Positions 1 through 13,464 of a DNA stretch of 64,000 nt are shown here, in pieces. Source of the DNA: Octopus bimaculoides (lineage: Eukaryota). The notes below the pieces were generated by a model. That model saw only the letters and a program-made list of their open reading frames with translations, did not search any database and was not told the DNA's origin. Within the stretch, counting starts at the first letter, position 1. Every line of letters starts with the position of its first letter. The translations under genes and the position numbers were made by a program. The DNA is taken from NCBI RefSeq assembly GCF_001194135.2, contig NC_068993.1, forward strand, positions 36,002,198 through 36,066,197. Reading direction: 5' to 3'.

Positions 1-36
<36 letters not shown>

Positions 37-72
37 TTTGTGTGTGTCTGTGTGTGTGTGTGTGCGTACATG

Positions 73-410
73 AAGGCACATAGTTCGGTGGTTAAAGCGT
101 CGAACTCACAGTCACGAGGTAGTGAGTTCGTTTCCCAGGCCGGGCTGTGCGTTGTGTTCTTGAGCAAAACACTTTATTTCACGTTGCTCCAGTTAACTCA
201 GCTGTTGAAATGAGTTGTGACGTCACTGGTGCCAAGCTCTATCGACCTTTGCCTTTCCTTTGGACAATACCGCTGGCATGGAGAGGGGAGGGGAGACAGG
301 TATGCATGGGTGACTGCAGTTCTTCCATAAAATCCTTGCCCGGACTTATGCCTCGAAGGGGAACTTTCTAGGTGCAATCCTATGGCCATTCATGACCGAA
401 GGGAATGTTT
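73..410 (+). mobile_element. tRNA-derived SINE (family 1)
   Basis: A-box-like 'tagttcggtggttaaagcg' and B-box-like 'gtgagttcgtttccc'; the body aligns along its full length with 36396-36730. Confidence 0.85.
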
Positions 411-424
411 ACCTTACCGTTTTC

Positions 425-558
425 GTCAGTCCAGCTGAGTGAACTGGAGCAACGTGAAATGAATTGTTTTGCCTATGATCACAACGCATCTTCCGGTTCA
501 GGAATCGAAACCACGATCTACGATCAAGAGCTCAACACTCGAACCACCACGCCACCAA
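425..558 (-). mobile_element. tRNA-derived SINE 5' fragment
   Basis: Reverse complement reads tRNA-like head 'gtggtggttcgagtgttgagctcttgatcgtagatcgtggtttcgattcc' followed by a 'cacgttgctccagttcactcagctg' core shared with other SINEs in the window. Confidence 0.7.
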
Positions 559-835
559 TAAGTGTACGCGTATATATTTAAGTGAATATTTTTGGGAGTA
601 TTGAGCATAATTTCCATGGGAATAACGACGTGCAAAAACTTGTAGCTAAAGTACCTTCTTCGCCCTGCCTCATTTGATATTTACAAGCAACAATACACAA
701 ACACACACACATATGCACACACATACACACGCATGCACATACATGCACACGCGTGCACGAGCACACACGTGTGCACCAGCACAAAGAAGTGTGTGAGTAT
801 GTGTGTATGAAGGTATGTACATGACTCGGTGTTTA

Positions 836-1170
<335 letters not shown>

Positions 1171-1668
1171 CTTCTATCCGATGGCTTTTTACATATAACA
1201 AAAACGTTCTTATTTGACCAAACGAGAAATTGCTGGATATCAGACATGAAGCAATATTTTCATGTACAGAGTAACTATTCTCTCTATTTCCACTTAACAA
1301 AAATTGATTTAAACCTCAACTTGCTTTATCTTAAGTAACGGAATATTTTAAACTGTGAACTCTCTGAAATGTCGCTACAAAGGCTGTTACGTGATTCAAT
1401 TTTTGAATACAGAAATTTAATGTCATTAGATGAGATCTTTTGTTAAAACATTCTTATAAAGGCTTCTACTTTCCGCGCGCGCACACACACACACACATAC
1501 TCACACACGTGCGCATTGCACGTACGTATGTGTGTGTGTGTGTACTGTCAGTGAGAGAAATACCTTCATATACAGATACATAGTTATAGCACAAATATAT
1601 GTATGCAGATGTATACATATATGTATGTGTGTGTGTGTGTATACATATAAATAAATAAATAAATAAAC

Positions 1669-1712
<44 letters not shown>

Positions 1713-1879
1713 NNNNNNNNNNNNNNNNNNNNNNNNNNNNNNNNNNNNNNNNNNNNNNNNNNNNNNNNNNNNNNNNNNNNNNNNNNNNNNNNNNNNNNNN
1801 NNNNNNNNNNNNNNNNNNNNNNNNNNNNNNNNNNNNNNNNTATATATGTACATGTATGTATATATACATATATATATAT

Positions 1880-2070
1880 GTAGGAGAATATACGAAAAAA
1901 CAACAGACGAGGACAGGTGGTGTAAATAACAAAAGGATGTATTAGTATGACGCTCGGGAATACGGAAAGTCTTTGACGTTTCGAGCTACGCTCTTCAACA
2001 GAAAGAATACGGAGACAAGGAGAAAAACACGGAGAAAAAAAAATTGAATAGTGTCCAGTTAACGGTCAAT
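1880..2070 (-). mobile_element. probable Penelope-like pseudo-LTR fragment carrying a minimal hammerhead
   Basis: Contains the hammerhead motif at 1970-2006; minimal hammerheads with a palindromic stem III are characteristic of PLE pLTRs; boundaries approximate. Confidence 0.5.
1970..2006 (-). ncRNA. minimal type I hammerhead ribozyme motif (core variant)
   Basis: Minus strand: TCTTT-CTGTTGA-A-GAGC gta GCTC-GAAA-CG-TC-AAAGA; 5-bp stem I, 4-bp stem II, loopless palindromic stem III (ACGT), GUC triplet; core A6 changed to T. Confidence 0.7.
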
Positions 2071-2085
2071 CATAATAATATGTAC

Positions 2086-2116
<31 letters not shown>

Positions 2117-2473
2117 TATATAAACATATTCCCACATATGTACAGTCATGTGGTCGTCGTCGTTGTCATCCTTGAAGAAAGTGACAATGCCGTGGTTTTG
2201 TTTAAGATGAACCTCAACTTGCCAGGAAGAAACCCACACGTTTGATTTCATGACCTTCTGCACAGTCATATATACACACATACATACATATATATATGCA
2301 CATAAATGCTTGACTATATGTGTATGTATATGTACATGTACATACATTAATATTTACACGTATATGTGTATGTATTTATGTATGTATTCTGGAAGTACAT
2401 ATATGTGTGTGTGTTTAAGAGTGTATGTGTGTATATATGTATGCATTTATGTATGTATGTATAGTGTAAATGT

Positions 2474-2856
2474 GGGGCCACAATGGCCCAGTGGTTAGGG
2501 CAGCGGACTCGCGGTCATACGATCGCAGTTTCGATTCCCAGACAGGGCGTTGTGAGTGTTTATTGAGCGGAAACACCTAAAGCTCCACGAGGCTCCGGCA
2601 GGGGATGGTGATGAACCCTGCTGTACTCTTCCACCACAACTTTCTCTCACTCTTACTTCCTGTTTCTGTTGTGCCTGTAATTCAAAGGGCCAGCTTTGTC
2701 ACACTGTGTCACGCTGAATATCCCCGAGAACTACGTTAAGGGTACACGTGTCTGCGGAGTGCTCGGCCACTTGCACGTTAATTTCACGAGCAGGCTGTTC
2801 CGTTTATCGGATCGACTGGAACCCTCGACGTCGTAAGCGACGGAGTGCCAACAACA
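2474..2856 (+). mobile_element. tRNA-derived SINE (family 2)
   Basis: 'tggcccagtggttaggg' A box and 'gtttcgattccc' B box; 3' tail 'cacgttaatttcacgagcaggctgttccg...ggaaccctcg' shared with 59608-59910. Confidence 0.85.
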
Positions 2857-3885
2857 TAGTGTAAATACAATGAATATTAAAATGAACAACACGCGAAGAA
2901 CTAAGTTTGACGAACAAGATATTCGCTTAACACTTTAAAAGAAGGAAAAGTGTTCGAATGTTTCGGACATTCATCATTCACCAAAGGAAAGAAAAACTGA
3001 AGCACATGAACAGTGATAAAGAGAAATAACCAGTGACGAAAAGGTAAAGGAATAGAAATCATGCGGAGGGTTCGCGATGGGCGGGTGTGTAAGTGCTAGT
3101 ATAAGAGTGTACCTGGAAGTGGAAATATGGATATAGTACTGTGTGTGCTCATGTGATGTATGTGTATAGAAGTGTGCACGAGTTGAACTATAGTGGGGAT
3201 GGGGTTGTTGGTGTGCATGACGTAATTGTTATGTGAGTCATATGAAAGCGGGGGGAGCTTGTACAAGTGTGAGGGAGTAAATGTGTTCATGGGTCCAGCT
3301 GCTATGGCTAGAACAAATATAGAAAGTGTTGTGTTTAAGTGTTTAGCCGAAGTACGTGGAGGTGCAATAACGTTTAAAAGAAAACAAAGAGGGAAGATTT
3401 AAACTAAAATTTGTAAATGAGTGGAAAATGTACGAATTCTGTGAAAAGAGGGAAAATGAAAGAAATTGATAAAAATTACACAACAATGTTAAAAGGTCCA
3501 GAAAGCTTCGTAGACTATTCAGAGGATGGTAAAACTCACGAAGCAGAAAAAATGTGATAAGGAAACTGGTGAAATTCGCGAAGGGAACGAAATAACTGTG
3601 ATGAAGAGGTAAACCTGAGATGTAACGCACGTAGTGAAGAAAGAAAATAGTGGAGGGAAGGAAATAGGTCTTTCTTAACAGAAGAATGGACGATAAGAGG
3701 AAAGTCGTAAGAGAAGTAACGCACGAGAGGGGTATGCATGTGTGTAAATGTGCGGAGTTGCTCGCAAGCTAAAATGAGTAACGGTCAAGCAGAGGTGACA
3801 AGCGGAAGGGTGAAAGAAAGGGATGATTCAAAATTGTTAACCAAAGCAGGAGTGCCGAAGTGTAGAAGAATGTTTGTGAGCGTGC

Positions 3886-3944
<59 letters not shown>

Positions 3945-5667
3945 NNNNNNNNNNNNNNNNNNNNNNNNNNNNNNNNNNNNNNNNNNNNNNNNNNNNNNNN
4001 NNNNNNNNNNNNNNNNNNNNNNNNNNNNNNNNNNNNNNNNNNNNNNNNNNNNNNNNNNNNNNNNNNNNNNNNNNNNNNNNNNNNNNNNNNNNNNNNNNNN
4101 NNNNNNNNNNNNNNNNNNNNNNNNNNNNNNNNNNNNNNNNNNNNNNNNNNNNNNNNNNNNNNNNNNNNNNNNNNNNNNNNNNNNNNNNNNNNNNNNNNNN
4201 NNNNNNNNNNNNNNNNNNNNNNNNNNNNNNNNNNNNNNNNNNNNNNNNNNNNNNNNNNNNNNNNNNNNNNNNNNNNNNNNNNNNNNNNNNNNNNNNNNNN
4301 NNNNNNNNNNNNNNNNNNNNNNNNNNNNNNNNNNNNNNNNNNNNNNNNNNNNNNNNNNNNNNNNNNNNNNNNNNNNNNNNNNNNNNNNNNNNNNNNNNNN
4401 NNNNNNNNNNNNNNNNNNNNNNNNNNNNNNNNNNNNNNNNNNNNNNNNNNNNNNNNNNNNNNNNNNNNNNNNNNNNNNNNNNNNNNNNNNNNNNNNNNNN
4501 NNNNNNNNNNNNNNNNNNNNNNNNNNNNNNNNNNNNNNNNNNNNNNNNNNNNNNNNNNNNNNNNNNNNNNNNNNNNNNNNNNNNNNNNNNNNNNNNNNNN
4601 NNNNNNNNNNNNNNNNNNNNNNNNNNNNNNNNNNNNNNNNNNNNNNNNNNNNNNNNNNNNNNNNNNNNNNNNNNNNNNNNNNNNNNNNNNNNNNNNNNNN
4701 NNNNNNNNNNNNNNNNNNNNNNNNNNNNNNNNNNNNNNNNNNNNNNNNNNNNNNNNNNNNNNNNNNNNNNNNNNNNNNNNNNNNNNNNNNNNNNNATATA
4801 TATATATATATATATATACGTACATACATACTTATATACATACAGCTACACAAACATACAGGCGCAAACGTTCAAACATTGACACATACATAGATACACA
4901 CACGAACACACACACAAGCGTAACGTTCCCCGTAAACCTACAAATAACCATTCAGTACTGTTGTTGCAGAAGTCTGTCATTACTTCAGACATATTGTAAG
5001 TATTTATAGTTCGGCTAAGTAATGCTGTTTACTTGAAAATATGGTTCAACTCATTTCATAAATAGCTCTTCACTGACGTGTATCTATGTGTGTCTATGTG
5101 TGTCTATGTGTGTTTGTGCATGTGCGTGTGTGGTAAGGGTGTATGTGTATAGATAGATACATATATACTTATGCATATATGTATGTATATCTATATGTAT
5201 GTACGTATATATGTATGCATGTATGTTTTATACATATGTTTAAAATATATACATATATATATATATATATATAATATATATGCATACCTATAAAGATATA
5301 TGTATATCCGTACATATACATATACATATATATNNNNNNNNNNTATATATATATATATATATATATACATACATACATACATACACTATCGTCAGAATCA
5401 CTCTTTGAGGAAAGATCTATTTATCTAATAGATATAACTTATATTCACACGTCTTTAAAAGAATTGTATTTTTCATGCTTTTTCTGGGGTTTTTTTTTTT
5501 TAATTATTTCATTGATTGTTTCCATAATTCTTAGAAAAATCAGCGGCTCTCTGATTATTCGGTTTCTTAAGATTTCTTTTTTCTTTTGCAGCATTTTAAT
5601 ATTTTGTTATATTTTCTTTTCTGTGTTCTTTTTATATTTCCTGTTTCATGTTTTGGATAATAATGGT

Positions 5668-5830
5668 TTCTTACTTAGGCACAGCGCCAACTTTCCAAGT
5701 TGATGTGGCTACACAGCCGAATTCATCGATAGGAATGTTTAAACTGACGCTTAATATATCAAAGCCGGAGGCGATGAAAGTCAAGTAGACTCCAGAGGGA
5801 TTTGAATTCCGTAAATGGATGGACGAGAGC
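5668..5830 (-). mobile_element. degenerate SINE (family 3)
   Basis: Aligns loosely with 48196-48408 ('taggcaca...gatgaaagtcaag...atttgaa'). Confidence 0.55.
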
Positions 5831-5961
5831 AAGACAAAACACACTCTGATATTGAGTTAGGCACCAATTAGAGCCATTCTCAAGACAAAAACCAGCATTC
5901 ACGTGTATAAGACAGTATTCCTTAACCAATTATTTACATTACCCATGCTTTTACCGTTTCA

Positions 5962-6150
<189 letters not shown>

Positions 6151-6654
6151 AAATCATACACACATAAATGCACATGGTAAGGGTGAAGCAGTCATATGTA
6201 CAACGCAATTTATTTCATAACATCAAGTTATGTATTAATTAAACATTTTCTGAAAATAAACATCAAGGAAAACAGATGTGAAAATATAAGAAAAAAAAAA
6301 GAGTGCGAATGTTTAATGACTAAGAAATGATTCTTCATCGTAAAAATAATTTCCCCTTGGAATCCCGAAATTTGACCTCCAGGTTAGAAATTGCTGGTCT
6401 TGGAGAAGCCGTCGCCAAATGCTTGAATATGTTTGCTCGACCTGCTAAAAATACTTGCAACATTTCCCTAAAACCACGACCAACGCCCTGAAAGAAAAGA
6501 CAGGACGAGTTTGTATAAAGTAGTCCTAGATATGTTATGCCTTAAAAGGAAGACTCGATATTCATGATTATTACGCGTTCGTTTGCCATTCATTTATGAC
6601 AGTTTATGTATCTTATTGCTGGTGCAGTCAAAAGCCTTCTGCTAGTTAGTAGCA

Positions 6655-8530
6655 CTTGTTCAGTGGTCAAAGGAAACGGCCACTATCGGAGCCGTTTAGC
6701 ATCGCAAGCTCGGTCCGTCAGGGGCTTCCCGCTGTTGCCTCTTCTGTACGTATTGGCACGGGAGCAATTGCTGCCGAAGTTGGAACAGCTAAGGATCATC
6801 CCTTTCGAACTGGGACAAGGAAGGGCAGTGTTGGTATACACGGACGACGTCAGCGTCATGGTGTCGGACGCCTTCGGAGAAATATGAGAAATATGAGTCG
6901 GTTGCAGGGGCGAAAATCAGCACCGACAAATCGGTGGGTTTGTAGTTGGGCTCCTGGAGAGGCAGGACGATGCCATCGGACGGAGTCGTCGGATGCTGGA
7001 CAGACGGATCAGTTAAACTGCTTGCTGTCTGGTTTGGTCCCGACCTCCAAGTTGATAAGAACTGGGACGAAGTAGTGAACAGGGTGCCCAGTCTTTCCCA
7101 GAAATGGGCTAAGATGAAGCTGTCCCTGAAAGGTAGGGCAGAGGTGGCGAATGCCTACATCGCCTCTGTTGTCATTTATCGCCTGACAGTCGTGCCTTGT
7201 TCCGATTATTGCTTGACCAGACTAGAGCGTCTCNNNNNNNNNNNNNNNNNNNNNNNNNNNNNNNNNNNNNNNNNNNNNNNNNNNNNNNNNNNNNNNNNNN
7301 NNNNNNNNNNNNNNNNNNNNNNNNNNNNNNNNNNNNNNNNNNNNNNNNNNNNNNNNNNNNNNNNNNNNNNNNNNNNNNNNNNNNNNNNNNNNNNNNNNNN
7401 NNNNNNNNNNNNNNNNNNNNNNNNNNNNNNNNNNNNNNNNNNNNNNNNNNNNNNNNNNNNNNNNNNNNNNNNNNNNNNNNNNNNNNNNNNNNNNNNNNNN
7501 NNNNNNNNNNNNNNNNNNNNNNNNNNNNNNNNNNNNNNNNNNNNNNNNNNNNNNNNNNNNNNNNNNNNNNNNNNNNNNNNNNNNNNNNNNNNNNNNNNNN
7601 NNNNNNNNNNNNNNNNNNNNNNNNNNNNNNNNNNNNNNNNNNNNNNNNNNNNNNNNNNNNNNNNNNNNNNNNNNNNNNNNNNNNNNNNNNNNNNNNNNNN
7701 NNNNNNNNNNNNNNNNNNNNNNNNNNNNNNNNNNNNNNNNNNNNNNNNNNNNNNNNNNNNNNNNNNNNNNNNNNNNNNNNNNNNNNNNNNNNNNNNNNNN
7801 NNNNNNNNNNNNNNNNNNNNNNNNNNNNNNNNNNNNNNNNNNNNNNNNNNNNNNNNNNNNNNNNNNNNNNNNNNNNNNNNNNNNNNNNNNNNNNNNNCTA
7901 ACTAGTGAGGTCATGTCAAACAGCTGCTGTCACGTGTGGGATGGATCCGTCTGTCGGCCGAGCCAGTAGTGATTATTGAACTGCCACCCTCCTTCAATCG
8001 GGCAGACAAGGCAGTTTTCCTTTGCCTGATGGCTGTAGCGAAAGAGGTTGTTTGGTGGACAAGGCTGAAAGGCATGAAGACATACACATTCCCCTTTGGT
8101 AGAGCTCTCGTTGACTTCTTCAAGTTTCACTTGAAAAGGAAATTAAGAGTGGAGAGGGAAGTGCTGTCCTCGAATGAGTTTATTGAAAGGTGAGTGAAAG
8201 TTGCGAAAATGGCAAGAGAGGATGGTACCTACCTAAGTGTAGACCTGTGAGTCGGAGAGAAGAAATTGAAGAAGACACTTGCTCCTATGGTTTCAGGGAA
8301 ATCTCGGACAGTGGAGTTCCTCGATTATCCCTAGAGGTTTTCCTATATCGAGAGGGTCACATCTCTATCATCCTCTCCGCCACTATTTTAAAAAAGACTT
8401 TTGTATGCTATGCATGTCTCTTCTTTTTTCAGTGTATACTTTCTTTCTTTCCTTTCTTTATATCATTTCATTATACGTAAACCCCAACACTTTATGTCTG
8501 TTTTTGTATTGTCCCTCATCCTTCGCCCTG
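6655..8530 (+). mobile_element. 5'-truncated Tx1/L1-clade LINE (RT and ORF2 C-terminus, frameshifted; gap 7234-7897)
   Basis: Translates to 'SEPFSIASSVRQG', 'PLLYVLA', 'LVYTDDVSV', 'LSLKGRAEVANAYIASV' and, after the gap, 'KEVVWWTR...RKLRVEREVLS', then a T-rich 3' UTR. Confidence 0.85.
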
Positions 8531-8548
8531 GTGGCAAAAAAATGTAAT

Positions 8549-8577
8549 CATCAACATCACCATCATCATCATCATCA

Positions 8578-8636
<59 letters not shown>
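8549..8636. repeat. (CAT)n(TAT)n microsatellite at the 3' end of the Dong-like element
   Basis: Directly visible; reads (TAA)n on the element strand. Confidence 0.97.
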
Positions 8637-8637
<1 letters not shown>

Positions 8638-10795
8638 GTTTGACTTTTGCTTTGTATTTGTACAAGTTGGTTCCAAGTCTCACCCAGAGACCTCAACAGA
8701 CAACAAGTTAGACGGTCATGTTGGTGTTATGCCTAGGGTATCATATATTTAGTTTTTCACAAAGTATTGTTCTAGAGAATGTTTAAGAAAGCATAAGAAA
8801 ATTATAAGTTTGTTTTAAAATTTGAGATTACATAGACAGTATGTTATGTAGGATATGGGCAGTTTCCATGAGCACTATCTTTTGGATTTCTGCCATTTTG
8901 GAGTATCGTGGTATCTGAGCTAGGTAGCAATCAGCCCCTTTTGCTATCATTCCTAGGGTACCTAAGACAACAGGTATTGTTTTAGTCTTGAGGCTCCACA
9001 TTTTGCCAATTTCTATTTCAAGATCTTTATACTTGCTCAGCTTTTGATAGCTCTTGACAGATACATTTATATCGATTGGGACAGTCATATCAATGAGGAG
9101 GCATTATTTTTGTCTGAAGTCTTTTAATATAATGTCTGGCCTATTCGCATCTATCTTTCTGTCAGTTTGAACGGTGTAGTTTCAGGGGAGTGAGATGCGA
9201 TCATTTTCAAGCACTGGAGTTGGTTTGTGTTCCCACCAGTTTTTATCATGGGGCAGGTCCAGGTTTTTACAAATTACCCAGTGAATATATTGTGCTGCTC
9301 TATCAGGCCCGTTGAGATACTCTGTAGGCGCAAGGAGACTACACATGGAGACAACATGATCTATGGTCTCCTTTTGTTGTTGAAATACACGCCATGTTGA
9401 GCAGCTGCCGTTCTTTAATCTGGTAGCCTGGTAGTTTCTTGTAAGTATGCATTGATCTTGGGCTGCTATGATAAACCCTTCTGCTTCTGATTTTAAACCA
9501 GAAGCCACTAACCATTGATGGATAAGGGCTTTGTCAACATCGGCGCTATTACCTTTCTTTGGGTATTTGCCATTGAGAGGTTTTTCTTGCCAGGGTTTTC
9601 ATACGCTTTTTCTGTGTTTGTTTCTAGTACGTCTAATTCTGGAATTTGTTGTATTTGGAATTGACGTAGATATTCATTTGGCTGTTTTGTTACTGAGTAT
9701 AATTCTTTCTTGTTTTCATGCTTTGAGACAAATTTTAATATCCAGTCATCAGAGTTTTTCAGATAGGTGTCTAGGCCGATTATGGCAATCTTCATTGTTA
9801 ATTCCAGTTGTAAAAGTCTACGGCCACCCTCTTTTCTTGGCAGGTAAAGTCGTTCTATATCTGCCTTAGGGTGATGCATTCTATGCATTGTCAACAGTTT
9901 TCGTATTTTTCTGTCAAGATTACATATTTCAGTAATTGATCAGTTAATGATATTGAAACTGTAAGTCACGACTGGTATGGCTAAAGTATTGATCGCTTCG
10001 ATCCTGTTTCTTGCATTCAGCTCTGTCTTGAGTATTGCCCTTACCCTGCGATAACATTCTCTTCTGAACGTTTCCCTCATAACTGAATGTTTGATTCCGT
10101 CTCCTTCAAATACCTCTAGATATTTGTAGCTCTCCGCTGGTTCTAATTCCTTTATGACATTCTGCTGGTCAAGATTAACTTTGAATGTTTCTGTCACTTT
10201 TCCTTTGATAAAGGTAGCTTTTGCACATTTATCGAGGCCAAATTGCATCCTGATGTCATCACTGAATTGTTTAACAATCGCTAGTCAGCCCTGTAGTTGT
10301 TGGTCATTTTTTTGCAAAGAGTTTTTAATTATCCATGTAAATGAGATGATTTATATTTTTATCAAACATTTTTTTACCGTATTGTACATCATTGTGCAAT
10401 TTCGAGAGAGGTATTAAGACTAGACAAAAGAGGAGTGGTGATAGAGAGTTACCCTGGAAGATGCCACATGAGATTCTTACATCTCCAGCATTAAGAGATT
10501 TATTGTCACTGTTCAAAGTCAGTGTGGTTCTCCATGATCTTATACTTACAGACAAAAAGTACAGACTACAGAGTAGGTGCTATTTTATACATTTCCAGAC
10601 ATTTCTTAATCCAGCTATGTGGTACACTATCAAAAACTTTTTATGGTTTATCCAGGCTACCAACAAGTTTTTGTGTGGTTTGTGACAATCTTCCAAGATC
10701 ATCTTATTGATAACTAGCTAATCTTTACAACCATAAGATCCACGTTTACATCCTTTTTGCTCTTTACGGAATATGCCACTTGCTATTGAAAATTA
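8637..10795 (-). mobile_element. R4/Dong-clade RLE non-LTR retrotransposon, 5'-truncated and degenerate (copy a)
   Basis: RT motifs 'QKGCKRGSYGCKD', 'GIFQGNSLSPLLF', 'INHLIYMDN', 'FGLDKCAK', 'HPKADIERLYLPRKEGGR'; degenerate CCHC region 'ETIDHVVSMC'; restriction-like endonuclease 'ANRPDII...DMTVP...KLSKYKDL'. Confidence 0.92.
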
Positions 10796-10798
10796 TTA

Positions 10799-10851
<53 letters not shown>

Positions 10852-10930
10852 GAGTGAGAGACCAGTACATGCCATCAAAGTGACACTGGGGTAAAATATA
10901 CGAAGCTCAGTATACCACATGAAAGCATTT
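10796..10930 (-). mobile_element. (TAA)n tract plus the 3' end of another short retroelement
   Basis: (TAT)n at 10796-10851 directly abuts 'gagtgagagaccagtacatgccatcaaagtgacactggggtaaaatatacg', which looks like a retroelement tail (inference). Confidence 0.5.
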
Positions 10931-12789
10931 TTATAATCTAGAAATCTGCTTGCCTTACTTTCAGATTTATAAAACGCTATTTGTCGTCTAATCCTAGGTT
11001 TGCCTGTGCCAGAGGACATATAATCAGCGCGGATTAACAATAAAAGACATTTATACAAGATGTCATGCAGTCAGAACGAACCCGGGACTATGTGGTTGCG
11101 AAATAAACTTCATACCTACTTAGCCATATATATGCCTATAAAAGGCTTTGTTAGTAAAAAATCTTTTGTTTTGTTTTGTTTATACGTTTTTTTTTTTAGT
11201 TTTGAGTTGGGTTTTTTTTATCAATAATACAAATCTCATTTCCTTCCTTCACATCAATTCTCAGTCTTTATTGATTCCAAGAGAAAAAAAAACCATATTC
11301 GTTTCTCCATCTCATTTACCTGACAACCACATCTAAATTTACTTTATGCTGTTATAGATATAATTTTTGTATCTGTTATTGGAACTGTAAGCCTGATTAG
11401 AATGCAATACACTTTACATGAAAATCCCCACAGGTACTGATCAATCAAATTACAACAGTGTTTTTCTTTTGCTCTTACTTTCACAAGCATTCACCTTCTC
11501 TCATCAATATCTGAAGTCTTATTTCTCTTTAATCAACAGCTTCACTATTCAATAACATTTAAGATTACATATAATATCCTAAAGTTATATTTATTCTTGC
11601 TCAACATATCTGCCAGATAAATATTTGTGTGACGTCCTTAAAAGAACACATTGGAAATAAGTACAAAGAGACAGGATGGTCATAGCTGGAACGCTTTTGA
11701 GCATAAGTCTGGCGAGAGCTAAATAGCAACAAATAACAATATAGCCACTCACCACCACCATCACCATATTTCTAGTCTTCAATCTAGAATGTTTTTCGTT
11801 TGCTTCTTGTTTAACATTACTTGTTTGCTGGTTAACATGAAAGAAGCTTCGTTTTTTTCATACCGAACATGAACAGTAATAAAAGTGATTTAACAGTACT
11901 GTTGTGTTAACATGTCTCTCATGGCGCATGATCAACAAAACTGGATTCATTCTTACTTCTTTTTCAGTTACCTACATGCTAGATGACCGTTGATTTCTTT
12001 TGGATACTTCAGTCACAAAAAAAATAAAACGTTTCATTTTAGGGTGCGTAAAATTTATATCAAAACTAAATCTTCCTTGGTGTATAAGGAAGATTTATTC
12101 TTCATAGAATATCTCATGACAATGAAATTGTATTGCTGCAACAACAATGGAAACAACAAGAGCAAAAGTAGCAACATTTATCTACAATCCAAGAGACTTG
12201 TTGAGTAAGGACAGAACAATGCGAGAAGATATAAAACAAACTACAAAAAAAAGAAACCAAAATAAATATATTTCTATAGATGTGTGGGGAAGGAAGATGA
12301 CATGCACAGACTGGCGTTACTATAGTAACCAGTTTGCTATATGGAGTGCTTTTCTGTTGTTTATGGCCGGTCTCAGTTTGTTGATAAGGAGGAGGTTCCA
12401 TGATTCTGACATTGTTTATTGCGTTGAATGTCCCTGATGGATACCTTGAAATCCTAGGTCTGGTATTTATCGATGCATCTGAATGTATATGTTCTTTGAC
12501 TCGAACGTGCAATTTCCAGGGTCGAACGACTGCATCTAAAAACACTAAAGTGAGTAAACCACATTAGAGGACCCATAATCCTAAGGCTGACGTGTGTTCC
12601 CTTAAACTGCCCTATTTCGATGACAACTTCTGCTGCTATACAATATACGATCCACAGGGAGGGACTCAACACACAAATGGTTCAAACCGGTCAATTCTTG
12701 AGGAAATTTCTGACGTGGAATAATACCACATATAGCATCGTGGAGTGCACATTATCCAATTGCCCATCAATGACTTCAAAATGTGCTCC

Positions 12790-12925
12790 AGGACCTTTGT
12801 GGTATAGGAAGCAGTCTACAGTAAATGTAGGACATCCTACATCGGGAGTGCCACGAAAAAATAGCACACAGTGGGACTGAATCCGAGACCATGTGATTGG
12901 GAAGTAAATTTCCTACCACAGAGCC
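12790..12925 (-). mobile_element. SINE (family 4) fragment
   Basis: Matches 49418-49567 ('gctttg...gtagaagac...cagtgggactgaa...ccatgt'). Confidence 0.6.
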
Positions 12926-13211
12926 ACTCTTACACCTATAACGCAATAGCATTAAGTTGTGGCTCTTTAAACAAGATCCCACATCTGGGACGTTACTGCA
13001 ATACACTTGTAATACATATAAAGTCATCATAGACTTTAAAATATCATCAGACGACTGTTTGGTATGAAGTTACTCAGCAACACACTTCAGCCTTTAGGTC
13101 GAAGACCTACTGTCTCCTCACAATGGTTTTTCTACTGCTCTACCCTCAGTTCCTCAGAGCTAGCTGATACCATACCAGTAGTACTCATGTTCACCTAATC
13201 AACCTCTCTCT

Positions 13212-13269
<58 letters not shown>

Positions 13270-13409
13270 NNNNNNNNNNNNNNNNNNNNNNNNNNNNNNN
13301 NNNNNNNNNNNNNNNNNNNNNNNNNNNNNNNNNNNNNNNNNNNNNNNNNNNNNNNNNNNNNNNNNNNNNNNNNNNNNNNNNNNNNNNNNNNNNNNNNNNN
13401 NNNNNNNNN

Positions 13410-13464
<55 letters not shown>

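Noticed and set aside
73-140. tRNA-like heads here and at other SINEs as tRNA genes
   Set aside because: No complete cloverleaf; each continues into a repeated SINE body
3738-5009. Long ORFs spanning N runs (also 19817-20948, 41690-42927, 43015-44429 and others)
   Set aside because: Open only because N gaps and (TG)n/(TA)n repeats contain no stop codons
5700-5740. Hammerhead-like ttgatgt-GGCT acac AGCC-gaat
   Set aside because: Three core mismatches, no proper stem I or III, and the segment aligns to a degenerate SINE
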